DNA of 64,000 bases. Source: the human T2T-CHM13v2.0 reference genome, Homo sapiens. Under the pieces are notes generated by a model that made no database searches, was not told the origin of the DNA, and saw nothing but the letters and a program-made list of their open reading frames with translations. This document shows positions 43,094 through 56,340 of the stretch, piece after piece. Made by a program: the position numbers and the translations under genes. The stretch's first letter is position 1; every line of letters begins with the position of its first letter. The DNA lies in assembly GCF_009914755.1 (NCBI RefSeq), contig NC_060931.1. One strand, 5' to 3'.

Positions 43094-43096
<3 letters not shown>

Positions 43097-43124
<28 letters not shown>

Positions 43125-43410
43125 GGAGACATTCGAGTCTCGCTCTGCCACCCAGGCGGGAGTGCAGTGGCGTGATCTCAGCTCACTGCAACCTCCACCT
43201 ACTTAGGCTCAAGTGATCCTCCCTACTCAGCCTCCCAAGTAGCTGAGACTACAGGCGTACACCACCACACTCAACTAATTTTTGTATTTTTTGTAGAGAC
43301 GGGGTCTCATCATGTTGGCCAGGCTGGTCTCAAACTCCTGGACTCAAGTAATCTGCCCACCTCAGCCTCCCAAAGTGCCAGAATTACAGGTGTGGCTGCC
43401 ATGTCCAACC
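43097..43410 (-). mobile_element. Alu (J/S)
   Basis: Long poly-T followed by an antisense dimer. Confidence 0.93.
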
Positions 43411-43829
43411 AATTTATCTCTTGCATATGAAAACTACATATATTTGTTTAGGTATTAGAGCAGTGTTTTAACTCCCCCAAGAGCATCCATGGTAAAAGGA
43501 CAGGGTGCATAGGCAGCAGGGTATTTAAAAGCTTTTGGACTCACGCAGATTTTTTTTTTAAGTTCCTTATCTTTTCTTGCCTGCAAATAAGATCTTCAAA
43601 TTTTCTGCATTACAAGAGTCCCTTTCTTGATGTTTTCAACCATAGGGGAAAGGGATGGAGCGTTTGCAGGAAGGTGTTAGGTAGAAGGAGGACTATTCTC
43701 CCACTCAGCTGAGAGTGAGTTGACTTTTAATCTCTTTCCTGAGCAGAACCCAGCTGCAGGAGCTACTGAATAGTTGATGTCTAACAAATGTGTACTTTGG
43801 AGTCATCTGAAGTGACTGTTGTACTGACA

Positions 43830-44760
43830 TTGGCTTCCAGGACTCTTTCCTGTCCACTTCCTGGTTTTCCTCCCAGGTCGCTGGCTAATCCTTCTCTGCC
43901 CACCTCTTACTGTGAGAGTATCCTGCATGACTCATTTCTGAGATTTACACTGCCTATGGCCTTAAAGAAAGTCAATCAGAATTGATTCCCATTGGATGTC
44001 TTCAGCGCAGACCAACCTGCTGAGCTCAGATGTTCCTGTCCCTCTGTTCTCCTGATTCCTCTGCCTGTATGTCCAAAACAAAACTCTGGACGTTTTCAAA
44101 CCACATGTGATCACAGTCGTCTTCACCACAGTTGGCACAAGCCTGTATCACTACTCATCCAGACTATTGCAAAATATCTTACCTGTTGTCCAATCTCGAA
44201 TTCTTTCCCTCTGACAGTCTGTTCTCCACACAGCAATTAATGCAATTTTCTTAAAATAAAAATCAGATTATGCTAGTCCCTTCTTTAGACTTTCCAGTGG
44301 CTTTTTCTCACCAATTAAAATAGAAACTCTGTAGTGACTTGCAATACTCCACCTACCTCTCCCAGGTTACCGCTTTTCCCTCTCTTTCTCCTTCCCTCCA
44401 AGGTCTTCTTTCTTTTCCTGCATGAAACACACCAATTTCCTTCCTGCCTTAGGGCATTTATCTAGGTGGTTCTCTCTGTATACCTCTTCCCTGTAGCCAT
44501 ATGTGGCTCCTTCTCACTAATCAATCCTCAGGTAAAATGTCATCTCTTTGGAGGGGAGTTGCCTAAATATTTGATCTAAGAGTCTTCACCACATCCAATG
44601 CTCCCTCTCATCACCATGTTTTATTTTCTTTGTAGCCATTATCACGATCTAAAGTAAGAGTATTTGCTGTTTACGTGTTGATTATCTCTTTCGACCCATT
44701 AGAATGCTGGTTCCCTGAGGTCTGGCATCTCGTTTGTTTTGTTTCCTTCTGTGTCTCTGA
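43830..44760 (+). mobile_element. L2 fragment
   Basis: ctccacacagc...aaatcagattatg...ttccagtggct...cctgccttagggcattt...aaatgtcatctct, L2 motifs in order. Confidence 0.7.
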
Positions 44761-46684
44761 AATAGAGCCAAGAACTCAACAGCATCCTTGTACAAAACAC
44801 AGCCCCCAGCATCTTTTGTCCTGGTGTCTCAGAGCCCACCTTCAGAACTTATGACTTTGGTTTTCCCTGCGTTATCAGTATATGAAATAAGGAAAATTTG
44901 TCTTCCTCAGCTAAAGTCTTTTGTGAGATGACTTGAAACCAGTGAGGATTAAGAGGGTATCAGGAAATGCAGAGAGAGGTAGTGAAAGGGGAGACGAGAG
45001 AGAAACAAAAGGATCTCAATTGTGCTGAGGTTTGGCCAGGCCAGGAGGGATCAAGTAACACCAAATAGCCTTTGTTAAAATAACAGAAACTTTGACAAAT
45101 TAAGACGGAACTGCCTCAGACTGAGTTATGGGGCCTTCTAGACTCAAAACCACCTACCCTTGCAAAGTGGTGCAGTGTGGATCCTGTTTCAGCTTGGGAT
45201 AAGGTGCTCATATGGGAGATCCTGTTTCAGCTTGGGATAAGGTGCATTGCTCTGGCAATGCAGAGTTGAGATGAGGAAGACTCTGGGTTCGCCTATAAGA
45301 AGTCAACACCAAGGACATTTTTACCAAATGGAAAGGGCGAGTTACAGGCATTTATAGCTTATTTATTTCTGAAAGTCTCTAGAATTTTAAAGAGGATTAC
45401 TGCCCCAAAGCTAATTCCTTCAGATATTTGTGTCATTCCTAACAATCACTATCTCTTCATTCTCCATGTCTTGGAGAGTCTCTTCTGTCAACACAAAGCT
45501 CCTCTGAGTAAGGGGGTATAAAAATCTCCAGCAAGGGTCAGGATGAAATAGGCTTGGTGGCCCTAGGCTAGAAGATAGTACATGACCAAAGAACTAGGTA
45601 GGAGGCCTCTTTGCTTTCATCATAACTATCATTATTTTTCAGGTTCACTGCCTCTTCCTCCAAATCTACACACAGATTATTGCATTATTACTGTTACTAT
45701 TTTCCCAGACATTCGGCACCTATCAAGGTTTTTCATTTTGTCTATTCCCTGGGCTTGTGTGTGTGCTGTCTGTCTCCGTGGCTGCTTCTGTGGCGCTATG
45801 ACAGTATTAATATGACAAAGAGTTGGTCAAATAGAAATTATGTAAGGAGTCTCATTGTAATTCAGACACTTAATTTCCACTTAGCAGGAGATGCAGCCCT
45901 TGATGACTCACAGGTCGCGATCCTCATTCTCCTTCCTGGGTCACTCGTGTTTTTGGGTCTGTGGATAGACTGGCCCTTTCTCCTCTCAAGTGCTGTAGCT
46001 CTTTACAAGCCTACAAATTCAAGACTTTTGAAAAACATTGATAACATCCTTTTGGGAGAGTGATGGGTGAAGATCCCCAGAGAAGGAAACTCTGTGCAAT
46101 CATTAGTATCCAGAGGCCACTGTTGATGTGTAACTAAAGTTCAAGAAAATAATCAAGGTATGCCAGAGTCGTGGTAGATGGGTACCTTGCAATAGACTTC
46201 TCCGTTACCACTGGTATCCCTTCCCCCATCCCAGCGTACCCTCCTCATGATTGTCACTTTAGGAGACTAGGAATATTGCAAAATAAACATCTGGAAATGT
46301 TGATAGTAAACATAGAAGAGAAATGTCTTGCAAAACTAGCCACAGGTCAGGAAACCCTAATCTTATCATGGGTCCTGGAGACCATAATGCCATAGACTGT
46401 TCAGATGGGTGTTATGTTACTGTGAACACAGATGTTTTCTTTCCATCCATTGTGGGCATCCTGTTTTGGAAAAGTCACTATAGCCAATGTCTAAAGGCTT
46501 GATCACTTTAGGACAGATTACTAAATACTTTTTATCTTAAAATAGAAGAGGGGAAAGGAAATCACAGCTCCTTTAGAGCATGGACAGCAGAGACATATGA
46601 ATGTATTTATATATTTTTTTCATTTACGTTATCAACTTAATTAATTTATTTATAAAATTTCCATGACCATAGGATGACCACGTA

Positions 46685-46875
46685 GAAGTGTGGACTATGG
46701 ATCACTAGCATCAAAATCTCTGGGGAGTTTTGCTTAAAAATACATATTCTGTCATAGCACCACAGAAATAAGGCCCCACCTTGACCTATATAATCTCCAA
46801 GGTAATACCTGGAGACCTACGTTTTAATCTATTCCCCAGACATTCTCAGGCACACCACATCTGAGAACCACTGAC
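46685..46875. mobile_element. MER5-family fragment
   Basis: agtgtgg...agcatcaaaatctctggggag...tgagaaccactg. Confidence 0.65.
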
Positions 46876-47163
46876 TGATGTTTGCTGGTTGGAGTGCCAG
46901 GCCAAGGGTCAGCCTTCAAGGGATTGAGATTCATGTCTTCGTGCCTGCTTTTCTTTACCTGTAAAAGAGCATAGCTTGAAGTTTAATACAAAGTGAGCAT
47001 ACTTTTTCTCTTGGGGGTTTTTAACCTGGGGTCCATGGTTAAAAGGAGGAGTCAGAGTGTTCATTAGATTTTTCAAGGAGGATTATTGCCCAAGAAAAGT
47101 ATATTCTAACACCAGCTTAAATGCATGCTTTCCAGTTTGGGTGGGTGCTAAAAGAAAGGAATT

Positions 47164-47332
47164 GGCCGAGTGTGGTGGCACATACCTGTACTGTAGTTCC
47201 AGCTACGTGGGAGGCTGACGTGGGAATATAACTTGAGCTCAGGAGTTTGAGGCTACAGAGAGCTATGATTGTGCCTGTGAACAGCCACTTCACTCCAGCC
47301 TGGGCAATGCAGTGAGACCCCATCTCTAAAAA
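47164..47332 (+). mobile_element. FAM (fossil Alu monomer, 7SL-like)
   Basis: Monomer retaining cctgtgaacagccacttcactccagcctgggcaa...gagaccccatctct (7SL 3' end). Confidence 0.82.
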
Positions 47333-47488
47333 TGAAAGAAAGAGAGAAAGAGAGAGAGAAAGAAAGGGCACTGGGATTGGCCCAGACAGTGCATGAATCT
47401 CACTTTCCTTCCCATTTCTATTAATAAAGGAAGAATTTTCAACTTTGTAAGAAATAAGAAATTTAGAATCTTTTTACTCCTAAATCTA

Positions 47489-47884
<396 letters not shown>

Positions 47885-49479
47885 TCATATAGTACTCCAT
47901 GTCTAGAAAAATCAAAACTTATACCAAAGCATTTAAAAGAGTCACTATGATCATTTTATTAAAGTTTAGAGATGAATTTTACCATAAAGCAGGATTAACT
48001 GCACCTTTCTCTCCAGGATTCTGGTGTAAATAGAGAAACCACAGTCATGTATGGGCCTGAGAGGGACAGTAGAATGTGGAAGTGGGTTTGGAAACCAAAA
48101 TATTATGTCAGCAGTTTTCTCTTTCATTTATTCACCCTTATCAAAACCAACTTTTTAACTCAGGGGCCCAGTTAATAAAAACATAGATAATTTCATTTGG
48201 AAGACCCAAGAGCTTCATGTTTGGGGTTTAAAAAAAATTCTTCTCATCCCCTCCGGGCAAAAGTGTTGGAGGGCGAATTCTCCTTGCAGAAACCCTCTTA
48301 ATAAATCAGTGCTGGTGAACTTCTCTGCTCAGTGTAAGAGAAGGTCAGTTATTAGATAGACACAGAGCTCTACAGCTGGAATCCTTGTGGAAAGAAATGA
48401 AACCACAAATACAATTCCTTAGTTTAAGCTTGCCTTTTTATTTCTAATACCTTCAAAACCTCTTCAAACTCATTTTTACTTTTGTAGTTCTTTTTTTTTT
48501 TTTTTTTTTTTTCATTTAAGCATGTTTTAACAATGAAAACAGCCAGCGGAGTATATTTTCAGGGTTATCCTGCAGATACGTAAGTAATCCTTTTCTGAGG
48601 GCCTTTATGTGGAATTGCAAAGTGCTGAGGGGAGACAGAGGGAGAATATTCAGAAAGCAGATACTGCAGTGTTTTGAACTTATCATGTGCAAAGGGACAA
48701 CATTTTTCCACTGATTATGAAAGTCCCCATGAACTGCTTTTCCAGATAAAAATTCTCAGCAAATGATGGTCAGCTTCTGGCAGCCCCAAGTTTTCCTCTC
48801 TGTGAAATGGGGAGACCCACCAGGGCAGCCTTGGAAACCAGTGGCTTAGGGGTTCCAGGAAAGAGGCAGGCATTTACTTTGCAAGTTTGGCTCAGAGTGT
48901 GGGCCCTGATGAGATTTCAGGGTGTAAAAGGGAGGGGACGAAGACCAGGTGAGCAGTGTAAGGCCTTCTTAGGACCCGAGGGAAGTGGCCTTCTACATTT
49001 CTTACTTTTTGATGTTATGCCACAAAAATGCTCTGTTCTTCTCTGCCTCTACTCCAACCCTCATCCCTTGGAAAATCTCCCTGGTCAGAATCATGATGTT
49101 CCTAAGATGGTTGTCTTCCCACATTGCCTCTCCTGATTCCAGGGCCGGTAACAGTGCTTGCTTCTGGACACATGGATTAACCCAGGTCATGAGGAACACC
49201 TGGATTATAAAAGGTGTTAGTGTATCAGTACAAAACAGCGAATGGTCGCATTCCCAACTTTGGTATCAGACAACTTTTAGTTCAGCTCTCAGCTCACAGT
49301 GGCTAATTGAGAAGAAGGAAAGGCTGATGAAAGCTGACACTAAGGAAGAGTCTAGTCTGTTGCAGGCATCATTCTCCATCTCCCCAAAGAGCCAGGCAGG
49401 CCCAGAGCTTCACCTGATATTTTTCTACTAACCCTACCCATGCTCATGAGTACACAGAGTAGAAAATTATCTCCAAACG

Positions 49480-49640
49480 AGGCTGGGACTAAGGGGCACA
49501 AATGAGCCCCCTATGGCTCAACATTTAAGGGGGCAATTATTCTCAGGGTTGGACAATTGCAGACCTGCACCTGAGAGTGAGTACCTCCTTAAATTTTGCA
49601 CCCTAGGCACCTCACTTGCTTCAACCTGGACTGGTCCAGT
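49480..49640. mobile_element. MER96-like palindromic hAT MITE
   Basis: gggactaag...atttaaggggg...ctcaggg...ctgagagtgagtacctccttaaattttgcaccctaggc. Confidence 0.75.
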
Positions 49641-49918
49641 CACCACCCTTGGTCAAAGGGGAAAGTAGGAATTTGGTTGATAATCTCCTTTAACCAAGGT
49701 TCCCCACAGAGCCTCCAGGAAAGGCCTCTTTCTTGGACATCATCAGTTGGGTTGTCCACCTCTCCCAAGCATAACTGCTCTGAGCCAGTCTTGATCAGCT
49801 ACTATGCCTTGTCTTGGCTCCACTCAACACCAGAACATGAATCAGTGTAGTTAGTCTGACAACATCATTAGGCTCCAATCCCGTATAAACTTTTACCCAC
49901 AAAAGTTTGGACCTCCTT

Positions 49919-50229
49919 GGCCGAGCACTATGGCTCACACCTGTAATCCCAGCACTTTGGAAGGCCAAGCTGGGAAGATCACTTGGGTCCAAGAGTTCAA
50001 GACCAGCCCAGGCAACATAGGGAGACTTTGTCTCTACAAAATGTAAACAAAATTAGCCAAGCATGGTGGTGCACACCTGTAGTTCCAGCTACTCAGAAGG
50101 CCGAGGTGGGGGAATCATTTGAGCCCAGGAGGTCAAGGCTACAGTGAACTGAAATCATGCCACTGCACTCCAGCCTAGGCAACAGAACAAGACACTGTAT
50201 CAACCTATCTCAAAAAAAAAAAAAAAAAA
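49919..50229 (+). mobile_element. AluJ
   Basis: Dimer; ttggacctcct TSD. Confidence 0.93.
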
Positions 50230-50799
50230 TTGGACCTCCTGTTCCCCCACCATTATTTGAGTTCTTCCTGTAGTGCCCACTCTAGTCATAGAGATTGGTT
50301 AGAACTGACATCACCTTTCTTTGGACATGATAAAGTCCTGGTGGCAGTGTCTCCTTTTTTAGGGCACCTCAACAACTGTGCAAGAAGTCCCAACAGGAGA
50401 ATATTTAGCTGCTCTCACCTCAAGTTCCAATTTCCCTGGGTGCCTCATGTAGGAAGCTGGTGACAATAGTCTAGGATCAGCTGCTCTGACATCCACCACA
50501 GAGTGCTCATTCTGCCATCCCTGCTGTGGGGGTCCAAAAAAAGGGAGCAAGAGGAATCAGGCCCTCCAGGGAGAAAAGGTATAGTGTAGGGATGGAGAAG
50601 GCTGACTAGTAGATTTCCTAGGATTTTCTTATTATAGGTTTTCTAGATGCTTCAGATCTTTAGGAAGCTGCATAAAAAGTGTGAGCAATAATACAAACAG
50701 GAAAAAGAACTTTCAGGAGGCAACATATTCAGGGAAGACCGAGCAGCCTGTGTTGCCGCTAGTTCAGGCTCAGTTACATTTCTTTTTCTTTAATTAATT

Positions 50800-50970
50800 T
50801 ATTACTATTATTATCATTATCATTATTAGAGACAGAATCTTGCTCTGTCTCCCAGCCTGGAGTGCAGTGGTGCGATCATGCCTCACTGTAGTCTTGAACT
50901 CCTGGGCTCAAGTGATCCTCCACCTCAGCCCCAGTAGCAGGACTATAGATGTATGCCACCACGCCCAGTC
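50800..50970 (-). mobile_element. FRAM / Alu right monomer
   Basis: Antisense single arm with (att)n tail. Confidence 0.82.
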
Positions 50971-53900
50971 CCAGTCACATTTCTTAGGGACCTACTATGT
51001 ATGGGCCAGGTGCTAGGTGCTAGGGAAATGAAGATGTATAGCACAGTCTCTGCCCTGGAGAAGCAAATGGCTGCTGAAGAAGACAAGCATGAAGAGATCC
51101 TCTCCATAGCTGGCTTATTGCTGGGATACAATCTGCTTCAGGACGCCAAAGGAGCACAGAGTAATGGCCACCCTTATCCCAGTCTGGTAGCCCAGCAAGG
51201 AGACCATGGAAAAGATAATGCCTGAGCTGAGGATTGTATTCATTCATTCACTCATTCATTTATTCAACAAATATTCCAGGAGTGTCAACGGTCTTTCAGA
51301 CATTGGTTTAGGTTTAAGTGGTACAATGACTTGCACATTTTAAGAAGTTAGAGAAAAAACACTATAGGAAGCAGAATTGATGACAATATTTTAGGGCTAA
51401 TCAAATGGCTCTTGTGACCTCTTAATATCCACCCCCAAAGGTTTCCTGATGCCTCCACCATTATAAATTCATTCCTTTGTTTGAGACACATTCAGCATTG
51501 CCACATCCGTGAATTACAAATAGGTTTTGACACAGGAAAGGCCAGTGAATTGCCTAAGGGTACTTAGTGCCAGGGTTGGGGTATAGGAGGTGCAGTAGTT
51601 ACACGACAGGAGTCACCAAGGGCAGATCACTCCCTTGTCTTCTCTCTGGGAGCACCTGGAGCTGACTTCAGCAGGGCTGACAATTTAAGCCAGTGAATCC
51701 TGCCTGCACATGGTTCAGGATGCATGCTGCACCAGGTCACCTAGGCGGCCCCTCATCCTCTGTCCACTGTGAAAACACGGGACACCCAGGTCGAAGGGAA
51801 TGCTGAATGACACCATGTGGGTGTGCAGTGGTCTGTGACCAGAGGGTTCACTGGAAGCAATTTGCAAAGGAGGACTTAGAAAACCACCTGGATGGTTATT
51901 GTAAATTAAAAAAGGAAGAGATGCCACTTTTTTCTGAATAATTTTTAATACTAGGTTTATGGCTGGGTACATGTGATAGTCATTACAGCTTATTTAACTC
52001 TGAAATTATCTGGCCCCTCAAACTCCACCGGGACTGTAGAAATCTTGGGTTAAATTTTAAAAACAACATTTGAAAGAAGATGATATGCTTTTCCTTGAGG
52101 AGAATAAATTCAAACCTAAAAGTGGGGGGGGGGGGAAACCCCAGCTCTCTCTAGGAAGGATCTCCATTGTTTCTCATATTTGCTATGTTTCTCATAACGT
52201 GTTTGAGCTCAGAAATTCACCCAGGCACACAAAAGGTCTACTCTAGTTGGCTGTTGAGCCCCTCCATCCCTGCAATCCAAGTTGTGCCTTTTCTATTGGG
52301 TTATTTGGAAAGAGTCCAAAAGCATTCTGAACTCTGAGCTCAAATCTCAAAGGTTTCCACTTCTTCGGAGCCGAACATTTCATCAGGGGCTGGGAGTGTG
52401 TGAGTGAGTTACACCGAACAGCTGCGCGGTACCCACCACCCTCTCCCCAAGGATGACACGCTCTGCAAAGGAGGGTGTTGTAAGCATTCCTGAGCAAGCC
52501 AGCTAATCTGGAGACCTAGCCTGTTGGCCGGGGGCTACTTCTAAGAAGCCTCCCTCTGGAATTACAGCATCTTATGACTTCTATCTACGAAGCCCCCCTT
52601 CTTCAGAGGAGCAGCTAGGACATGGGGTAGGGGAGAAGGCCAAATGGGTGAAAAAGGAATCTCTTGAGTCAGAGGGGCATTTCTTTTTGGGAACAGGATC
52701 TTGTCTCTCTTTAGCTGCTCACAGGAAGGAAAATGGGAAAGTAGGGCTTCTTTTCAAGTGGGGAGGCACCCAGCAGCCAGTGGAATGCCTGATTTGGAAG
52801 GGGCAGGAGGGAATAGTTATGTCCCGAACAACAAGTGCAAATGTAAATATGCAGACCTTTGAACTCTGAAATTGATTTCAATTCAGGCCAGCACTCCAAA
52901 GTTGTTTTATTGGGATGTCGAAGTGTTCTGGCACGTTGGTGGCTTAACGGCGTCATCATCAGACCCAGACATTTCTGGGTCCTTGGCATTTGTCTGGGTT
53001 TTAGAAACACTGTACCCATTGGCGATGTCACTCCCTGATCAGAGGCACACTGGCCACCTTCAAACCTCTTGTTCTCTTACTCCTCCTGGCAGAAGCAATG
53101 ATGCTGGCGGGTCTCATCTGAGATCCGTGCCCGGCATTGGCTGAAGCTATCATCTCCTTTGTTACTTCCCAAGCAAGGCACAGGAAAGCCATCTTTACAT
53201 CACCTCTATTTAAAGCACAGGGTCCCTTTTGCCTATGTCACTGAAAAACAGCAGAAGCCTGGTATCTAGTGGATTCACCCCGGCCCTCTAATGTGGTATA
53301 AGGAAAATCCTACAGAGAACATTTTCCCATTGAGCTTACAAAAAGATGTAAATTTGGAAAACTCTACCACATATCCATTTTGCACCAAAAATAGTAACAT
53401 AAATAAAACATTTAAATAAGAAAACTAAAGTGGGGAGGGGAGATTTGGGGGGTAGGGAAGGGAAAGTGAAAGTCCATAGCTTGATATTAACCAAGATGGT
53501 CAATGGCTCATTTAAAAAGGAAAAAGTAGCTTATGCAAAATCTTGCCAACCTGCCTTGAAGTGTAAAGGCTTGTAGAAGTTATTGAAAATTTTGTTTTAT
53601 TTATTCCCCTTAGCAGAAGAAAAATCAATGTCTGCTTGGCAAGTCAGACGTAAATGAGTTATACAGGCCACTGACATGGTGGACCAAACTTTATAACAAC
53701 CACATTTGCCGCTGTCAGGCCACAGGCTTCAGTGGCGCCAGCTGTAATTATGGCTGATCACCTCTAATTCAGAGCTGCCTGCCTTGATAAAGGTGTCACT
53801 CGGAGCTACTGTGGCATCAGCATCAATTGAGGATGTCAAGCCAAAGGGCAGCTTGCTGGAGAAAGCACTTCCCCACCCCAACCCCCAGGGTCCTGGAGAC

Positions 53901-55379
53901 CCTTGGGCAAATATTGCTTTTTAACTCTTCACCCTGAGTACGGCAACACTCCCTGAAGCTGTGATTTAAATTCCAGGGGATTCAGATGAATATCCCTGAC
54001 CTCCATCAGTGGACGTCTTTAATAAGCTGAGAGATTTCTCCAAAAACACAGTTTAGAAGTCAAGATCCTCTGTGCTTTGCAACGTGCAGAGACAATGTTT
54101 GTCTTATCTACCTGATTCATTGGCCACAAAAGGCATTAGGGGCAATAGACTGTAGCACAAGCCATGGTCATTTTTGGAAAAGGAAAAAAAAAATTGCAGC
54201 TTCATGCCTTTCTTCTGCTTTTGTGGTATTTAAAAAAAATTCTAGCGAACTTCCCATTTTCATGTTACTTTTTTCTTTTTGAAGGAAACATGAAGTGTGG
54301 GGAGAAATAGCAAAACGGAGAGATGACGGGGTTAAAAAGCCCTGCTAATAGAGTAGTGTCTGGACTGTTGTCATTGTCGTGGTGGAGCCCTGAGTGGGGA
54401 GGTGTGAAGTGAGGGGTAGAATTCAGCCATTAAAAAGGCTTCACTGTCATTTGTGAAGGATCATGCTTGACTGCCCCCACCTCCCCAGGCTGTTTTTCCT
54501 CACTCTGTAATTAAAAAAGAGACACACATACTGTCTGTTCTCCTCTTTAAAGTCACAGACGGCCCCACCCACACCAGCACCCCCTCCAGCGAGTTGAGTT
54601 GTGGGGGCACAGCCTGTCTTTCATTTTAAGGGAGAACTTGTCTTCCTTCCCTCTCCTTTGGAAGGTTCACCTGAGGGTGGAGTGCTAATCTCAGAAAGGC
54701 AAGTTTTGTGTTTTGTGGCTGGGGTCTTTTTCCTTTAGCACCTGACAGGGTGACCCATAGGGGCCAAGGGAGAAGTGACTGTGATTTCACAGCCCTTGGT
54801 GGCTCCAGACACGGGCACGTGTTTGGACCAGAAGTGGTTTTGCCCTCGCTGACAGGGAGGTCAGATGCGAGAAGTCTCCGGAGGGCTGGTGGTTGGCATT
54901 CAGCAACAGAAAATCCCATCCAGCTCCAGGAAAAAAGGGCCCTGGGCGATGGAAACCCTGTCACCTGGTTCTGAACCAAAGCCCAAGCTGCTAACTGAGG
55001 TTAGTTTTTCACACTCAGACCTTCCAACCTGCCATCTTTCACTCCCTGCTTCCCCATCTCTACACGTGTCTTGATGTTATTTCCCTTTCTCCAAACACAG
55101 GGCACTCTTTTTTTTTTTTTTTTTTAACCAGTATTTTTTTTTTGTTTCCAGCAGAACCAGCTGACCCCTGCCTGCAGAACTCCGGGTCCCTCTTGGAGCT
55201 CTCTGATGGCAGCTGTAGGGCCATCCCCAGCGGCACTGTTTCCCCCTTTGTTTACCCGTTTCTAAGGGCAAGTGCACCACGAAGGCTCTCCGAGCCTGGA
55301 ACTCAGCCTGGGGCTGTTTTGGTTACATTGAAGTTTTTGCTTCAGTTCTGCCAGATTTAAATGGTGACTTCACTAGCAC

Positions 55380-56340
55380 TGAGCTAAAAAGGAGAAGGGG
55401 GAGGAGGGCGAGACCAGGAGAAAGAGAGCAAGTGAGCGAGAGCCCAGCCGGAGGGAGAGCCAGAGCTAGGCGCAAAAGAAGGGCCAGCACATTACATCAT
55501 CGCTTGGCCTGGAATCAAATGGGAAGGATATGACTCACTCAAGCTAGTTAAGCTTTGGCTCAAATTCTACACACACTCATTCCAGAGCTCTCATGTTCTG
55601 CACCTCAGGAGGGAATTCAGCCTCAGTGATGTCCATGAGGTTTGTTTTTAATTTTATTTTCTTTTCTCCTGATTTTATAGATTTTTTTTGCCCCTACTGC
55701 CTTCTGTTTTTGAGCCTTCGTCCTCCTCCTCCTCCTCTTCATTTTCTCCCCCTTCTCCCTTTCTGCCCGTCTTTGTTTCTCCTCTTCTTCCTTCTCCTCT
55801 TTCCCCAGCCCCTCCGCTCCTCTTCTTGCCCGAAGAGGCATTTCTTTTCACTTCGATCAGAGTTTTTGTTCTAGCACAGAGACCTGAATGAGTTGAACAG
55901 AGGCCGGGTTGGAGGAAAAAAGAAAAAAAAAAAAAAAGCAGAGCAAACCAAAGCAACCAGAGCAAAAGGGCCACAAATAAAGAGCGAAGCGAGAAAGAGC
56001 AAACTCGGGCGAAGTTTCTTTGCTGCGGTGTCGCTCCTAATCGGAGGAGACAGGGAGAGAGTTAAAATGCAGGAACCAATCGCTTGAATGGTGATGTAAT
56101 GCAAGAACCGAAGGGTAGTTAAGTAATGTGAGAGCGAGGGGGTCAGGGTTGCAAAGCATTTACCTGCTCTCAAGGGGTTTTCAGTTTATTATCAATTGCA
56201 GTGACTGTAACCGGCTTCAGACTGCAATCTCTAATTATTCACAGACGCTCCTTTTTTATCTTTTATTATTAAAAGTAAAACTATATTATGGTATTTTAAA
56301 ATAACACGATATTATCACAGCTGTGTATTATTTTCTGCCA
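55380..56340 (+). promoter_or_regulatory. CREB5: Internal promoter / 5' regulatory region of the CREB5 delta isoform
   Basis: Local CpG enrichment, GA-rich tract 55388-55460, ATTACATCA 55491-55499, AP-1 TGACTCA 55531-55537, TGATGTAAT 56092-56100, no recognisable TEs. Confidence 0.65.
55593..55639 (+). CDS. CREB5: Coding part of the alternative first exon of CREB5 (CRE-BPa) delta isoform: MFCTSGGNSASVMSM(R), phase-2 donor
   Basis: ATG at 55593; 15 codons plus AG, then GTTTGT at 55640. The peptide matches my recollection of the 16-aa delta-specific N-terminus that joins ...PVPGSLSS. It sits in a GC/CpG-enriched, repeat-free promoter-like context. The gene name is from memory, not a database search. 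Confidence 0.85.

Noticed and set aside
45180-45245. CRISPR-like repeat-spacer-repeat
   Set aside because: Only two copies, 10-bp spacer, eukaryotic context, no cas genes
49480-49640. Imperfect long hairpin
   Set aside because: Explained by a palindromic MER96-like MITE
55623-55974. Antisense E/R/K-rich ORFs
   Set aside because: Low-complexity CT-rich tract in the intron
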